Origin: Auanema rhodensis
Taxonomy: Eukaryota; Animalia; Nematoda
Direction of reading: 5' to 3'
NCBI GenBank assembly: GCA_964057225.1
Contig: OZ059896.1
Location: forward strand, 1,922,001-1,986,000
DNA length: 64,000 nt
Each line of letters begins with the position of its first letter. The stretch's first letter is position 1. Below, piece by piece: positions 30,001 to 43,496 of the stretch. Both the position numbers and the translations under genes were made by a program. The notes under the pieces were generated by a model that was not told where the DNA came from, did not search any database, and saw nothing but the letters and a program-made list of their open reading frames with translations.

Positions 30001-33000
30001 ACCGTGAAGAATTAATTTTTTTGTTGAATAACAATGTCCATCGTCTTTGTCTTGAAAAAAGGAATCTAAAAACATCTACTTTTTGTGAAATTATTTTGAA
30101 ATTTTTCGGGAAAATTTTTGTCAAAATGTTTTTGGAAGCATTGTTGAGTGTACATGGAAACTCAACATACACTAATGCATCATTTTTCAAACGATCATAA
30201 CTAATTTTTGTATTGAGCGTTTCTCCATGTAGTATAGTACATTCGATGCGGATTTTTAAGCTGCGTCGATCTGTGTTATCAGATTTGCGCTAGCTTAAAA
30301 ATGAACCGAGATTTCAACTGATATAGGTTCACACTTATATCCTCGATTTTCACCCTGAAGATTTAATTTTTTCGTTGAATAACATTGTCCATCGTCTTTG
30401 TCTTGAAAAAAGGAATCTAAAAACATCTACTTTTTGTGAAATTATTTCGAAATTTTTCGGGAAAATTTTTGTCAAAATGTTTTTGGAAGCATTGTTGAGT
30501 GTACATGGAAACTCAACATACACTAATGCATCATTTTTCAAACGATCATAACTAATTTTTGTATTGAGCGTTTCTCCATGTAGTATAGTGCATTCGATGC
30601 GGATTTTTAAGCTGCGTCGATCTGTGTTATCAGATTTGCGCTAGCTTGAAAATGCACCGAGATATCAACTGATATAGGTTCACACTTATATCCTCGATTT
30701 TCACCGTGAAGAATTAATTTTTTTGTTGAATAACAATGTCCATCGTCTTTGTCTTGAAAAAAGGAATCTAAAAACATCTACTTTTTGTGAAATTATTTTG
30801 AAATTTTTCGGGAAAATTTTTGTCAAAATGTTTTTGGAAGCATTGTTGAGTGTACATGGAAACTCAACATACACTAATGCATCATTTTTCAAACGATCAT
30901 AACTAATTTTTGTATTGAGTGTTTCCCAATGTAGTATAGTGCATTCGATGTGGATTTTTAAGCTGCGTCGATCTGTGTTATCAGATTTGCGCTAGCTTAA
31001 AAATGCACCGAGATATCAACTGATATAAGTTCACACTTATATCCTCGATTTTCACCCTGAAGAATTAATTTTTTTGTTGAATAACAATGTCCATCGTCTT
31101 TGTCTTGAAAAAAGGAATCTAAAAACATCTACTTTTTGTGAAATTATTTTGAAATTTTTCGGGAAAATTTTTGTCAAAATGTTTTTGGAAGCAATGTTGA
31201 GTGTACATGGAAACTCAACATACACTAATGCATCATTTTTCAAACGATCATAACTAATTTTTGTATTGAGCGTTTCTCCATGTAGTATAGTGCATTCGAT
31301 GCGGATTTTTAAGCTGCGTCGATCTGTGTTATCAGATTTGCGCTAGCTTGAAAATGCACCGAGATATCAACTGATATAGGTTCACACATATATCCTCGAT
31401 TTTCACCGTGAAGAATTAATTTTTTCGTTGAATAACAATGTCCATCGTCTTTGTCTTGAAAAAAGGAATCTAAAAACATCTACTTTTTGTAAATTTATTC
31501 TGAAATTTTTCGGGAAAATGTTTGTCAAAATGTTTTTGGAAGCAATGTTGAGTGTACATGGAAACTCAACATACACTAATGCATCATTTTTCAAACAATC
31601 ATAACTAATTTTTGTATTGAGCGTTTCTTAATGTAGTATAGTACATTCGATGCGGATTTTTAAGCTGCGTCGATCTGTGTTATCAGATTTGCGCTAGCTT
31701 AAAAATGAACCGAGATATCAACTGATATAGGTTCACACTTATATCCTCGATTTTCACCGTGAAGAATTAATTTTTTTGTTGAATGACAATGTCCATCGTC
31801 TTTGTCTTGAAAAAAGGAATCTAAAAACATCTACTTTTTGTAAATTTATTCTGAAATTTTTCGGGAAAATGTTTGTCAAAATGTTTTTGGAAGCAATGTT
31901 GAGTGTACATGGAAACTCAACATACACTAATGCATCATTTTTCAAACGATCATAACTAATTTTTGTATTGAGCGTTTCTCCATGTAGTATAGTGCATTCG
32001 ATGCGGATTTTTAAGCTGCGTCGATCTGTGTTATCAGATTTGCGCTAGCTTGAAAATGAACCGAGATATCAACTGATATAGGTTCACACTTATATCCTCG
32101 ATTTTCACCGTGAAGAATTAATTTTTTTGTTGAATAACAATGTCCATCGTCTTTGTCTTGAAAAAAGGAATCTAAAAACATCTACTTTTTGTGAAATTAT
32201 TTTGAAATTTTTCGTGAAAATTTTTGTCAAAATGTTTTTGGAAGCATTGTTGAGTGTACATGGAAACTCAACATACACTAATGCATCATTTTTCAAACGA
32301 TCATAACTAATTTTTGTATTGAGCGTTTCTCCATGTAGTATAGTGCATTCGATGCGGATTTTTAAGCTGCGTCGATCTGTGTTATCAGATTTGCGCTAGC
32401 TTGAAAATGCACCGAGATATCAACTGATATAGGTTCACACTTATATCCTCGATTTTCACCCTGAAGATTTAATTTTTTCGTTGAATAACATTGTCCATCG
32501 TCTTTGTCTTGAAAAAAGAAATCTAAAAACATCTACTTTTTGTGAAATTATTTTGAAATTTTTCGGGAAAATTTTTGTCAAAATGTTTTTGGAAGCATTG
32601 TTGAGTGTACATGAAAACTCAACATACACTAATGCATCATTTTTCAAACGATCATAACTAATTTTTGTATTGAGCGTTTCTCCATGTAGTATAGTGCATT
32701 CGATGCGGATTTTTAAGCTGCGTCGATCTGTGTTATCAGATTTGCGCTAGCTTGAAAATGCACCGAGATATCAACTGATATAGGTTCACACTTATATCCT
32801 CGATTTTCACCCTGAAGATTTAATTTTTTCGTTGAATAACATTGTCCATCGTCTTTGTCTTGAAAAAAGAAATCTAAAAACATCTACTTTTTGTGAAATT
32901 ATTTTGAAATTTTTCGGGAAAATTTTTGTCAAAATGTTTTTGGAAGCATTGTTGAGTGTACATGAAAACTCAACATACACTAATGCATCATTTTTCAAAC

Positions 33001-36000
33001 GATCATAACTAATTTTTGTATTGAGCGTTTCTCCATGTAGTATAGTGCATTCGATGCGGATTTTTAAGCTGCGTCGATCTGTGTTATCAGATTTGCGCTA
33101 GCTTGAAAATGCACCGAGATATCAACTGATATAGGTTCACACTTATATCCTCGATTTTCACCCTGAAGATTTAATTTTTTCGTTGAATAACATTGTCCAT
33201 CGTCTTTGTCTTGAAAAAAGGAATCTAAAAACATCTACTTTTTGTGAAATTATTTCGAAATTTTTCGGGAAAATTTTTGTCAAAATGTTTTTGGAAGCAT
33301 TGTTGAGTGTACATGGAAACTCAACATACACTAATGCATCATTTTTCAAACGATCATAACTAATTTTTGTATTGAGCGTTTCTTCATGTAGTATAGTGCA
33401 TTCGATGCGGATTTTTAAGCTGCGTCGATCTGTGTTATCAGATTTGCGCTAGCTTGAAAATGCACCGAGATATCAACTGATATAGGTTCACACTTATATC
33501 CTCGATTTTCACCGTGAAGAATTAATTTTTTCGTTGAATAACAATGTCCATCGTCTTTGTCTTGAAAAAAGGAATCTAAAAACATCTACTTTTTGTAAAT
33601 TTATTCTGAAATTTTTCGGGAAAATGTTTGTCAAAATGTTTTTGGAAGCAATGTTGAGTGTACATGGAAACTCAACATACACTAATGCATCATTTTTCAA
33701 ACGATCATAACTAATTTTTGTATTGAGCGTTTCTCTATGTAGTATAGTGCATTCGATGCGGATTTTTAAGCTGCGTCGATCTGTGTTATCAGATTTGCGC
33801 TAGCTTGAAAATGCACCGAGATATCAACTGATATAGGTTCACACTTATATCCTCGATTTTCACCGTGAAGAATTAATTTTTTCGTTGAATAACAATGTCC
33901 ATCGTCTTTGTCTTGAAAAAAGGAATCTAAAAACATCTACTTTTTGTAAATTTATTCTGAAATTTTTCGGGAAAATGTTTGTCAAAATGTTTTTGGAAGC
34001 AATGTTGAGTGTACATGGAAACTCAACATACACTAATGCATCATTTTTCAAACGATCATAACTAATTTTTGTATTGAGCGTTTCTCCATGTAGTATAGTG
34101 CATTCTTTGCGGATTTTTAAGCTCCGTCGATCTGTGTTATCAGATTTGCGCTAGCTTAAAAATGCACCGAGATATCAACTGATATAAGTTCACACTTATA
34201 TCCTCGATTTTCACCCTGAAGAATTAATTTTTTTGTTGAATAACAATGTCCATCGTCTTTGTCTTGAAAAAAGGAATCTAAAAACATCTACTTTTTGTGA
34301 AATTATTTTGAAATTTTTCGGGAAAATTTTTGTCAAAATGTTTTTGGAAGCAATGTTGAGTGTACATGGAAACTCAACATACACTAATGCATCATTTTTC
34401 AAACGATCATAACTAATTTTTGTATTGAGCGTTTCTCTATGTAGTATAGTGCATTCGATGCGGATTTTTAAGCTGCGTCGATCTGTGTTATCAGATTTGC
34501 GCTAGCTTGAAAATGCACCGAGATATCAACTGATATAGGTTCACACTTATATCCTCGATTTTCACCGTGAAGAATTAATTTTTTCGTTGAATAACAATGT
34601 CCATCGTCTTTGTCTTGAAAAAAGGAATCTAAAAACATCTACTTTTTGTAAATTTATTCTGAAATTTTTCGGGAAAATGTTTGTCAAAATGTTTTTGGAA
34701 GCAATGTTGAGTGTACATGGAAACTCAACATACACTAATGCATCATTTTTCAAACGATCATAACTAATTTTTGTATTGAGCGTTTCTCCATGTAGTATAG
34801 TGCATTCTTTGCGGATTTTTAAGCTCCGTCGATCTGTGTTATCAGATTTGCGCTAGCTTAAAAATGCACCGAGATATCAACTGATATAAGTTCACACTTA
34901 TATCCTCGATTTTCACCCTGAAGAATTAATTTTTTTGTTGAATAACAATGTCCATCGTCTTTGTCTTGAAAAAAGGAATCTAAAAACATCTACTTTTTGT
35001 GAAATTATTTTGAAATTTTTCGGGAAAATTTTTGTCAAAATGTTTTTGGAAGCAATGTTGAGTGTACATGGAAACTCAACATACACTAATGCATCATTTT
35101 TCAAACGATCATAACTAATTTTTGTATTAAGCTTTTCTTAATGTAGTATAGTGCATTCGATGCGGATTTTTAAGCTGCGTCGATCTGTGTTAACAGATTT
35201 GCGCTAGCTTAAAAATGCACCGAGATATTAACTGATATAAGTTCACACTTATATCCTCGATTTTCACCCTGAAGAATTAATTTTTTCGTTGAATATTATT
35301 GTCCATCGTTTTTGCCTCAAAAAAAGGAATCTAAAAACATCTACTTTTTGCGAAATTATTTTGAAATTTTTCGAAAAAATTTTGTCAAAATGTTTTTGGA
35401 AGCAATGTTGAGTGTACATGGAAACTCAACATACACTAATGCATCATTTTTCAAACGATCATAACTAATTTTTGTATTGAGCGTTTCTCTATGTAGTATA
35501 GTGCATTCGATGCGGATTTTTAAGCTGCGTCGATCTGTGTTATCAGATTTGCGCTAGCTTGAAAATGCACCGAGATATCAACTGATATAGGTTCACACTT
35601 ATATCCTCGATTTTCACCGTGAAGAATTAATTTTTTCGTTGAATAACAATGTCCATCGTCTTTGTCTTGAAAAAAGGAATCTAAAAACATCTACTTTTTG
35701 TAAATTTATTCTGAAATTTTTCGGGAAAATGTTTGTCAAAATGTTTTTGGAAGCAATGTTGAGTGTACATGGAAACTCAACATACACTAATGCATCATTT
35801 TTCAAACGATCATAACTAATTTTTGTATTGAGCGTTTCTCCATGTAGTATAGTGCATTCGATGCGGATTTTTAAGCTGCGTCGATCTGTGTTATCAGATT
35901 TGCGCTAGCTTGAAAATGCACCGAGATATCAACTGATATAGGTTCACACTTATATCCTCGATTTTCACCGTGAAGAATTAATTTTTTCGTTGAATAACAA

Positions 36001-39000
36001 TGTCCATCGTCTTTGTCTTGAAAAAAGGAATCTAAAAACATCTACTTTTTGTAAATTTATTCTGAAATTTTTCGGGAAAATGTTTGTCAAAATGTTTTTG
36101 GAAGCAATGTTGAGTGTACATGGAAACTCAACATACACTAATGCATCATTTTTCAAACGATCATAACTAATTTTTGTATTGAGCGTTTCTCCATGTAGTA
36201 TAGTGCATTCGATGCGGATTTTTAAGCTGCGTCGATCTGTGTTATCAGATTTGCGCTAGCTTGAAAATGAACCGAGATATCAACTGATATAGGTTCACAC
36301 TTATATCCTCGATTTTCACCGTGAAGAATTAATTTTTTTGTTGAATAACAATGTCCATCGTCTTTGTCTTGAAAAAAGGAATCTAAAAACATCTACTTTT
36401 TGTGAAATTATTTTGAAATTTTTCGTGAAAATTTTTGTCAAAATGTTTTTGGAAGCATTGTTGAGTGTACATGGAAACTCAACATACACTAATGCATCAT
36501 TTTTCAAACGATCATAACTAATTTTTGTATTGAGCGTTGCTTAATGTAGTATAGTGCATTCGATGCGGATTTTTAAGCTGCGTCGATCTGTGTTATCAGA
36601 TTTGCGCTAGCTTGAAAATGCACCGAGATATCAACTGATATAGGTTCACACTTATATCCTCGATTTTCACCGTGAAGAATTAATTTTTTTGTTGAATAAC
36701 AATGTCCATCGTCTTTGTCTTGAAAAAAGGAATCTAAAAACATCTACTTTTTGTGAAATTATTTTGAAATTTTTCGGGAAAATTTTTGTCAAAATGTTTT
36801 TGGAAGCATTGTTGAGTGTACATGGAAACTCAACATACACTAATGCATCATTTTTCAAACGATCATAACTAATTTTTGTATTGAGCGTTTCTCCATGTAG
36901 TATAGTGCATTCGATGCGGATTTTTAAGCTGCGTCGATCTGTGTTATCAGATTTGCGCTAGCTTGAAAATGCACCGAGATATCAACTGATATAGGTTCAC
37001 ACTTATATCCTCGATTTTCACCCTGAAGATTTAATTTTTTCGTTGAATAACATTGTCCATCGTCTTTGTCTTGAAAAAAGAAATCTAAAAACATCTACTT
37101 TTTGTGAAATTATTTTGAAATTTTTCGGGAAAATTTTTGTCAAAATGTTTTTGGAAGCATTGTTGAGTGTACATGAAAACTCAACATACACTAATGCATC
37201 ATTTTTCAAACGATCATAACTAATTTTTGTATTGAGCGTTTCTCCATGTAGTATAGTGCATTCGATGCGGATTTTTAAGCTGCGTCGATCTGTGTTATCA
37301 GATTTGCGCTAGCTTGAAAATGCACCGAGATATCAACTGATATAGGTTCACACTTATATCCTCGATTTTCACCGTGAAGAATTAATTTTTTCGTTGAATA
37401 ACAATGTCCATCGTCTTTGTCTTGAAAAAAGAAATCTAAAAACATCTACTTTTTGTAAATTTATTCTGAAATTTTTCGGGAAAATGTTTGTCAAAATGTT
37501 TTTGGAAGCAATGTTGAGTGTACATGGAAACTCAACATACACTAATGCATCATTTTTCAAACGATCATAACTAATTTTTGTATTGAGTGTTTCCCAATGT
37601 AGTATAGTGCATTCGATGTGGATTTTTAAGCTGCGTCGATCTGTGTTATCAGATTTGCGCTAGCTTGAAAATGCACCGAGATATCAACTGATATAGGTTC
37701 ACACTTATATCCTCGATTTTCACCCTGAAGATTTAATTTTTTCGTTGAATAACATTGTCCATCGTCTTTGTCTTGAAAAAAGGAATCTAAAAACATCTAC
37801 TTTTTGCGAAATTATTTTGAAATTTTTCGAAAAAATTTTGTCAAAATGTTTTTGGAAGCAATGTTGAGTGTACATGGAAACTCAACATACACTAATGCAT
37901 CATTTTTCAAACGATCATAACTAATTTTTGTATTGAGCGTTTCTCCATGTAGTATAGTGCATTCGATGCGGATTTTTAAGCTGCGTCGATCTGTGTTATC
38001 AGATTTGCGCTAGCTTGAAAATGCACCGAGATATCAACTGATATAGGTTCACACTTATATCCTCGATTTTCACCGTGAAGAATTAATTTTTTCGTTGAAT
38101 AACAATGTCCATCGTCTTTGTCTTGAAAAAAGGAATCTAAAAACATCTACTTTTTGTAAATTTATTCTGAAATTTTTCGGGAAAATGTTTGTCAAAATGT
38201 TTTTGGAAGCAATGTTGAGTGTACATGGAAACTCAACATACACTAATGCATCATTTTTCAAACGATCATAACTAATTTTTGTATTGAGCGTTTCTCCATG
38301 TAGTATAGTGCATTCGATGCGGATTTTTAAGCTGCGTCGATCTGTGTTATCAGATTTGCGCTAGCTTGAAAATGCACCGAGATATCAACTGATATAGGTT
38401 CACACTTATATCCTCGATTTTCACCGTGAAGAATTAATTTTTTCGTTGAATAACAATGTCCATCGTCTTTGTCTTGATAAAAGGAATCTAAAAACATCTA
38501 CTTTTTGTAAATTTATTCTGAAATTTTTCGGGAAAATGTTTGTCAAAATGTTTTTGGAAGCAATGTTGAGTGTACATGGAAACTCAACATACACTAATGC
38601 ATCATTTTTCAAACGATCATAACTAATTTTTGTATTGAGCGTTTCTCTATGTAGTATAGTGCATTCGATGCGGATTTTTAAGCTGCGTCGATCTGTGTTA
38701 TCAGATTTGCGCTAGCTTGAAAATGCACCGAGATATCAACTGATATAGGTTCACACTTATATCCTCGATTTTCACCCTGAAGATTTAATTTTTTCGTTGA
38801 ATAACATTGTCCATCGTCTTTGTCTTGAAAAAAGAAATCTAAAAACATCTACTTTTTGTGAAATTATTTTGAAATTTTTCGGGAAAATTTTTGTCAAAAT
38901 GTTTTTGGAAGCATTGTTGAGTGTACATGAAAACTCAACATACACTAATGCATCATTTTTCAAACGATCATAACTAATTTTTGTATTGAGCGTTTCTCCA

Positions 39001-42000
39001 TGTAGTATAGTGCATTCGATGCGGATTTTTAAGCTGCGTCGATCTGTGTTATCAGATTTGCGCTAGCTTGAAAATGCACCGAGATATCAACTGATATAGG
39101 TTCACACTTATATCCTCGATTTTCACCGTGAAGAATTAATTTTTTCGTTGAATAACAATGTCCATCGTCTTTGTCTTGAAAAAAGAAATCTAAAAACATC
39201 TACTTTTTGTAAATTTATTCTGAAATTTTTCGGGAAAATGTTTGTCAAAATGTTTTTGGAAGCAATGTTGAGTGTACATGGAAACTCAACATACACTAAT
39301 GCATCATTTTTCAAACGATCATAACTAATTTTTGTATTGAGTGTTTCCCAATGTAGTATAGTGCATTCGATGTGGATTTTTAAGCTGCGTCGATCTGTGT
39401 TATCAGATTTGCGCTAGCTTGAAAATGCACCGAGATATCAACTGATATAGGTTCACACTTATATCCTCGATTTTCACCGTGAAGAATTAATTTTTTCGTT
39501 GAATAACAATGTCCATCGTCTTTGTCTTGAAAAAAGGAATCTAAAAACATCTACTTTTTGTAAATTTATTCTGAAATTTTTCGGGAAAATGTTTGTCAAA
39601 ATGTTTTTGGAAGCAATGTTGAGTGTACATGGAAACTCAACATACACTAATGCATCATTTTTCAAACGATCATAACTAATTTTTGTATTGAGTGTTTCCC
39701 AATGTAGTATAGTGCATTCGATGTGGATTTTTAAGCTGCGTCGATCTGTGTTATCAGATTTGCGCTAGCTTGAAAATGCACCGAGATATCAACTGATATA
39801 GGTTCACACTTATATCCTCGATTTTCACCGTGAAGAATTAATTTTTTCGTTGAATAACAATGTCCATCGTCTTTGTCTTAAAAAAAGGAATCTAAAAACA
39901 TCTACTTTTTGTAAATTTATTCTGAAATTTTTCGGGAAAATGTTTGTCAAAATGTTTTTGGAAGCAATGTTGAGTGTACATGGAAACTCAACATACACTA
40001 ATGCATCATTTTTCAAACGATCATAACTAATTTTTGTATTGAGCGTTTCTCCATGTAGTATAGTGCATTCGATGCGGATTTTTAAGCTGCGTCGATCTGT
40101 GTTATCAGATTTGCGCTAGCTTGAAAATGCACCGAGATATCAACTGATATAGGTTCACACTTATATCCTCGATTTTCACCGTGAAGAATTAATTTTTTCG
40201 TTGAATAACAATGTCCATCGTCTTTGTCTTGAAAAAAGGAATCTAAAAACATCTACTTTTTGTAAATTTATTCTGAAATTTTTCGGGAAAATGTTTGTCA
40301 AAATGTTTTTGGAAGCAATGTTGAGTGTACATGGAAACTCAACATACACTAATGCATCATTTTTCAAACGATCATAACTAATTTTTGTATTGAGCGTTTC
40401 TCCATGTAGTATAGTGCATTCGATGCGGATTTTTAAGCTCCGTCGATCTGTGTTATCAGATTTGCGCTAGCTTAAAAATGCACCGAGATATCAACTGATA
40501 TAAGTTCACACTTATATCCTCGATTTTCACCCTGAAGAATTAATTTTTTTGTTGAATAACAATGTCCATCGTCTTTGTCTTGAAAAAAGGAATCTAAAAA
40601 CATCTACTTTTTGTGAAATTATTTTGAAATTTTTCGGGAAAATTTTTGTCAAAATGTTTTTGGAAGCAATGTTGAGTGTACATGGAAACTCAACATACAC
40701 TAATGCATCATTTTTCAAACGATCATAACTAATTTTTGTATTAAGCTTTTCTTAATGTAGTATAGTGCATTCGATGCGGATTTTTAAGCTGCGTCGATCT
40801 GTGTTATCAGATTTGCGCTAGCTTAAAAATGCACCGAGATATTAACTGATATAAGTTCACACTTATATCCTCGATTTTCACCCTGAAGAATTAATTTTTT
40901 CGTTGAATATTATTGTCCATCGTTTTTGCCTCAAAAAAAGGAATCTAAAAACATCTACTTTTTGCGAAATTATTTTGAAATTTTTCGAAAAAATTTTGTC
41001 AAAATGTTTTTGGAAGCAATGTTGAGTGTACATGGAAACTCAACATACACTAATGCATCATTTTTCAAACGATCATAACTAATTTTTGTATTGAGCGTTT
41101 CTCTATGTAGTATAGTGCATTCGATGCGGATTTTTAAGCTGCGTCGATCTGTGTTATCAGATTTGCGCTAGCTTGAAAATGCACCGAGATATCAACTGAT
41201 ATAGGTTCACACTTATATCCTCGATTTTCACCGTGAAGAATTAATTTTTTCGTTGAATAACAATGTCCATCGTCTTTGTCTTGAAAAAAGGAATCTAAAA
41301 ACATCTACTTTTTGTAAATTTATTCTGAAATTTTTCGGGAAAATGTTTGTCAAAATGTTTTTGGAAGCAATGTTGAGTGTACATGGAAACTCAACATACA
41401 CTAATGCATCATTTTTCAAACGATCATAACTAATTTTTGTATTGAGCGTTTCTCCATGTAGTATAGTGCATTCGATGCGGATTTTTAAGCTGCGTCGATC
41501 TGTGTTATCAGATTTGCGCTAGCTTGAAAATGCACCGAGATATCAACTGATATAGGTTCACACTTATATCCTCGATTTTCACCGTGAAGAATTAATTTTT
41601 TCGTTGAATAACAATGTCCATCGTCTTTGTCTTGAAAAAAGGAATCTAAAAACATCTACTTTTTGTAAATTTATTCTGAAATTTTTCGGGAAAATGTTTG
41701 TCAAAATGTTTTTGGAAGCAATGTTGAGTGTACATGGAAACTCAACATACACTAATGCATCATTTTTCAAACGATCATAACTAATTTTTGTATTGAGCGT
41801 TTCTCCATGTAGTATAGTGCATTCGATGCGGATTTTTAAGCTCCGTCGATCTGTGTTATCAGATTTGCGCTAGCTTAAAAATGCACCGAGATATCAACTG
41901 ATATAAGTTCACACTTATATCCTCGATTTTCACCCTGAAGAATTAATTTTTTTGTTGAATAACAATGTCCATCGTCTTTGTCTTGAAAAAAGGAATCTAA

Positions 42001-42567
42001 AAACATCTACTTTTTGTGAAATTATTTTGAAATTTTTCGGGAAAATTTTTGTCAAAATGTTTTTGGAAGCAATGTTGAGTGTACATGGAAACTCAACATA
42101 CACTAATGCATCATTTTTCAAACGATCATAACTAATTTTTGTATTAAGCTTTTCTTAATGTAGTATAGTGCATTCGATGCGGATTTTTAAGCTGCGTCGA
42201 TCTGTGTTATCAGATTTGCGCTAGCTTAAAAATGCACCGAGATATTAACTGATATAAGTTCACACTTATATCCTCGATTTTCACCCTGAAGAATTAATTT
42301 TTTCGTTGAATATTATTGTCCATCGTTTTTGCCTCAAAAAAAGGAATCTAAAAACATCTACTTTTTGCGAAATTATTTTGAAATTTTTCGAAAAAATTTT
42401 GTCAAAATGTTTTTGGAAGCAATGTTGAGTGTACATGGAAACTCAACATACACTAATGCATCATTTTTCAAACGATCATAACTAATTTTTGTATTGAGCG
42501 TTTCTCCATGTAGTATAGTGCATTCGATGCGGATTTTTAAGCTGCGTCGATCTGTGTTATCAGATTT
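1..42567. repeat. Sat351: tandem satellite array, 351-bp monomer, ~121 copies, all in the same orientation; continues off the left edge
   Basis: ATAACTAATTTTTGTATT recurs at 1, 352, 703 and onward, and the ORF track recurs every 351 bp. Monomers differ at a small set of shared variable sites, with occasional 350/352/353-bp monomers. The array ends at ...GTTATCAGATTT (monomer position 90). Confidence 0.99.
56..106 (+). other. 51-nt imperfect hairpin present in every Sat351 monomer (first copy shown)
   Basis: ATTTTTAAGCT-GCG-TCG-ATCTG [TGTTAT] CAGAT-TTG-CGC-T-AGCTT(A/G)AAAAT gives 21 pairs counting G.U, one mismatch, one bulge and a 6-nt loop. Confidence 0.85.
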
Positions 42568-42921
42568 ACTTCAACTTCTAATCAACAACCCAACGGCCCT
42601 CTTTAGGGCCACATTTAAATTTGATGTATTCATAATGATTTATAATATAATACTGTGTCTGTCTTGTCTTTTTTTGCTATGTAATGATAATTGATATGAT
42701 ATGTTTCGCTGTTATGTAAAGGAGAATCCCTATCTTTGATACTCCATATCCATCTCTATTTTTTTTTATGAATTTCATTAATTATGCTTTCATGTTGATA
42801 ACAACAACAGTGATCATATCTAATGCCTCACATGTTTCTATTCCACGTTTGTTCGCAAATAAACAGTTGTTTATGTTATTCTTATCGTTTATATAAAATT
42901 TAAATATACATTTCTAGAATT
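42568..42921 (+). pseudogene. Histone-gene 3' end/flank fragment, copy 1 (354 bp, no coding sequence)
   Basis: Non-satellite block containing a histone stem-loop 27 nt from its start. It is repeated essentially identically at 43496-43849 (offset 928). Confidence 0.8.
42595..42610 (+). promoter_or_regulatory. Replication-dependent histone mRNA 3' stem-loop, copy 1 (nematode-type)
   Basis: GGCCCT-CTTT-AGGGCC forms a 6-bp stem with a 4-nt loop, with 5' flank CCAAC and 3' flank ACA. This fits the histone stem-loop consensus, with C at the first loop position as in C. elegans. Confidence 0.93.
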
Positions 42922-43390
42922 TACCATGACTTGTTATAACTTTCTTTCGTATCATGTTCATGGAATAAATAATATTTTACTCTAGTATATTTTGTACATC
43001 TCTTGATAATTTTCTCATTTTTTTTTGTATTTGTTAAAATTTCTTCCTGTTTTCTTACTGAAAATGCTTCTTGATACTTTTTTTTTATTTTTAATACTTG
43101 ATTTTATCATGACTTGATTTTACTTTTGTTGAAACCTGTTCATATTTTAAATGTTTACTGATACTCTAGTATAATTTGTACATCTTTCGATAATTTTCTC
43201 ATTCTTCTTTGTATTTGTTAAAATTTCTTCATGTTTACTTGCTGAAAATCCTTCTTGATACTTCTTCTTTGCTTTTAAAACTTGATTTTACCATGACTTG
43301 TTATAACTTTTTTTGAAACCTGTTCATATTTAAAATGTTTACTGATACTCTATAGTACGTTATATATCTCTTGATAATTTTCTCATTCTT
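42922..43390 (-). repeat. Sat184 fragment, ~2.5 monomers, reverse orientation
   Basis: TACCATGACTTGTTATAACTTTCTTTCGTATCATGTTCATGG... is the reverse complement of the main array (e.g. 46233-46274) and is near-identical to it. Confidence 0.95.
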
Positions 43391-43496
43391 GAGTGTACAT
43401 GGAAACTCAACAATTTTTGTATTAAGCTTTTCTTAATGTAGTATAGTGCATTCGATGCGGATTTTTAAGCTGCGTCGATCTGTGTTATCAGATTTG
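43389..43496. repeat. Sat351 fragment with a 36-bp internal deletion
   Basis: Reads TTGAGTGTACATGGAAACTCAACA|ATTTTTGTATTAAGCTTTTCTTAATG...CAGATTTG and lacks TACACTAATG...CATAACTA. It carries the rare ATTAAGCTTTTCTTAA variant. Confidence 0.95.

Noticed and set aside
154-42121. More than 100 copies of a 63-aa minus-strand ORF (MKNDALVYVEF...)
   Set aside because: It starts at TTG rather than ATG, coincides with the satellite period, and has no recognisable domain. It is freely broken by frameshifts (+G, -1) and a stop variant (~20335, ~22090), and its variants are mostly non-synonymous.
42595-42610. Bacterial intrinsic terminator
   Set aside because: No U-tract follows the stem. The sequence and flanks match the histone stem-loop, and an H4 fragment lies nearby.
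42494-42694. 66-aa ORF across the satellite junction
   Set aside because: A TTG-started chimeric frame that runs through the histone stem-loop and has no histone or other recognisable similarity.
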